A stretch of DNA of 64,000 nt from Ramazzottius varieornatus (Eukaryota; Animalia; Tardigrada): assembly GCA_001949185.1 (NCBI GenBank), contig BDGG01000002.1, positions 5,012,448-5,076,447 on the forward strand, read 5' to 3'. Position 1 is the stretch's first letter. Each line of letters opens with the position of its first letter. Shown in pieces: positions 62,201 to 64,000 of this stretch. The position numbers and the translations under genes are program-made. Below the pieces are notes generated by a model. The model saw only the letters and a list, made by a program, of their open reading frames with translations, did not search any database and was not told where the DNA came from.

Positions 62201-64000
62201 GTAGTTCTTGGGGTTGATCTTCAGCGGTACAACCTTCAAGACTTTGGGTGCGCCAATCTTCCGAATGGCTCGACCGAAAGCGTAGTCCAGATCCGTCTTG
62301 AATGGAAACTGCGGACTCTCTCGCAGAGCCGCCAGCTTCTCTAAAGACTTCGTCAGGAAGTTACTGCCATGAGTACCACAGGCTTCGTAGAGAGCGGCCA
62401 GGGCTTGAAGAACGTGATTCCACACACCGTGGTACTGGTACGAAAGACCTTCTTCGACATTCAGGAAGATTCGCTGGACCGTGGCGATATGCTGGTGGTA
62501 GACCGCGGCATCAGCTGAAACTGACGCCACACAGGTCGTGATCTGGTCCTGTAAAAAGACGAAGTCAAAGGAAACTCCAGCTGACGAGAGTTTCCTTCTG
62601 TTGTCCTTACCTTCAGCGTTTCTCCGCCAGCGACCTGTATCTCTGTCTTTTCCGCCAGGAGGAACTTCATGCAGGTAGAGACGAAACGAGGAAGGTGAGC
62701 GATGGCCTGGTTGTCCAGTCTGAACATGTTCAGATGAGCTTGCTTGGAAGTCTCCAGCCACGGAAGAACCAACTGAGAATCATCGGCAACGGGCTGAAAG
62801 TCGTAGAGAGCCTACGGAGAAGCATTTGTGAATTAAACCGGTAATTTTGTAAGGAATACAAAATGCGGCAGTGCCTTACGTTGATGAGCTGGCCGTTAGT
62901 TTCTTGGTTGAGACGTTCAGCAGACGGCTTCGAGACGAACAACCCATGGATAGCTTTTAGCCCAATGGTGGAGACTAACGGATTCGTCAGAGTCATACAC
63001 TTGAAGACGCATTCGACCGTTGTTCGAAGCTGGTCGGCGGGTAGGTCGGATAGAATATCTTTCAGGAGACCGAGTATGTGTAACGTGACTGTCATTTCCT
63101 TCGTGGCTACAGAGAGATGCGAAAAGCTTACAAGAGACGTACGGATTAGAAAAGAAACGCATAATGGTCGCATGATGGGGCAACACATAAGAAGCGGAAG
63201 TACTCGATTTGTGGGTGACTGACAGAAAGAAGGGTTACCTCTAGCTTCTTCAAGTGTCTGGATGCACATCTCCGCCGTGATAGCTGCCACGGGGTGGACG
63301 GTAGGAGGGTTCGGTCCCGTCATGATGTCGCTGCCTTTCAGGACGGAGCATATGCACTTGTGGCACTGCCTTCGAACTTTTGGTTTGGGATGATGCAGAA
63401 AGGAAAGAATTGCTCTGTAAATCATCTCTGTCGAGGAGTTTCGCCAACTCGCAATATCCTGAACGCGGAGAACCGCACTCAAGCAGGTCAAAACCTATAG
63501 AAATTCATAATGTGAAAGTGATGGTACTTAATCAGATAATTCAACGATACTATAATGCTTCACAAATTTCGCGCATTACGTCAAGTAAGCGTGTTCTGTA
63601 TTCGTCATCGTAAACCCCGTAGACCCTAGCCCACTATGACGTCAGTTCGCGAAGTTCATGAAGCATTGCAGTATTATACTGTAAGAGAAGGAAGGTTCTT
63701 ACCGATCGCAGCAGAGCGTTGTTTTCGGAAGAAGCGCTGTCCGACAGAATTTTCATCAGCGGTTTACACACTTGAGAGGACTGTTTCCGCAGGACTTCGG
63801 CGGGTACACGTTTGATGAGGAGACTGAGGATGGATAATACAGCCGTACGAGAATCGTTGGTCTCCACGCTATCCAATGTCGTGAGCAAACCGGCAAAGTA
63901 TTCCGTCTCCGTTTCTTCTCCTTTCTTCTCTTTGATAACTTCGGTGATAGCAGCGATAATGGCCAGCATTTCACGATGAAGCCGTGAGTTAGCCGACCAT
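59289..64000 (-). CDS. RRP12: RRP12-like ribosome biogenesis protein, 5' end beyond the window
   Basis: Segments MLAIIAAITEVIKEKKGEETETEYF, HPKPKVRR, RSWLIPLL, QLWSLLPGFC and KAGGDVKLKGRPDPYAYIPL. Confidence 0.95.

Overview
This is gene-dense eukaryotic (invertebrate animal) DNA with mostly 55-80 nt GT-AG introns, so the ORF track is fragmented. I rebuilt spliced genes by eye. In order: an allatostatin-A/buccalin-type neuropeptide precursor (+), MTCH2-like carrier (-), FKBP6/shutdown (+), DRC10/IQCD (+), MIC19/CHCHD3 (-), TSEN34 (+), RAD51 (-), CCT5 (+, hosting five box C/D snoRNA copies of two families), a 17beta-HSD12-like SDR (-), a COX14-like micro-ORF just ahead of IBA57 (+), KAP3 (+), a PAN/Apple-ZP membrane protein (+), an EB-module/cadherin-like orphan (-), TBC1D30 (+), CRYZ (+), a Nup160 C-terminal-like gene (-), a 6.4 kb cluster of four TSD-flanked DNA transposons (including a hAT nested in a hAT MITE), MRPS25 (+), rabenosyn-5 (-), muskelin (+) and RRP12 (-, runs off the window). 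The most unusual observations are: (1) two near-identical whole introns at different positions in TBC1D30, plus a 29-nt exon/intron junction shared by two unrelated genes, suggesting recent intron copying; (2) a TSEN34 that has lost its catalytic Tyr and His; (3) snoRNA birth-and-death across successive CCT5 introns; (4) a probable COX14-IBA57 bicistronic transcript; (5) a precursor mixing one FxFGLamide with three YRxxG(L/I)amide peptides. Gene names come from remembered family motifs, not database searches, and exon boundaries are manual calls.
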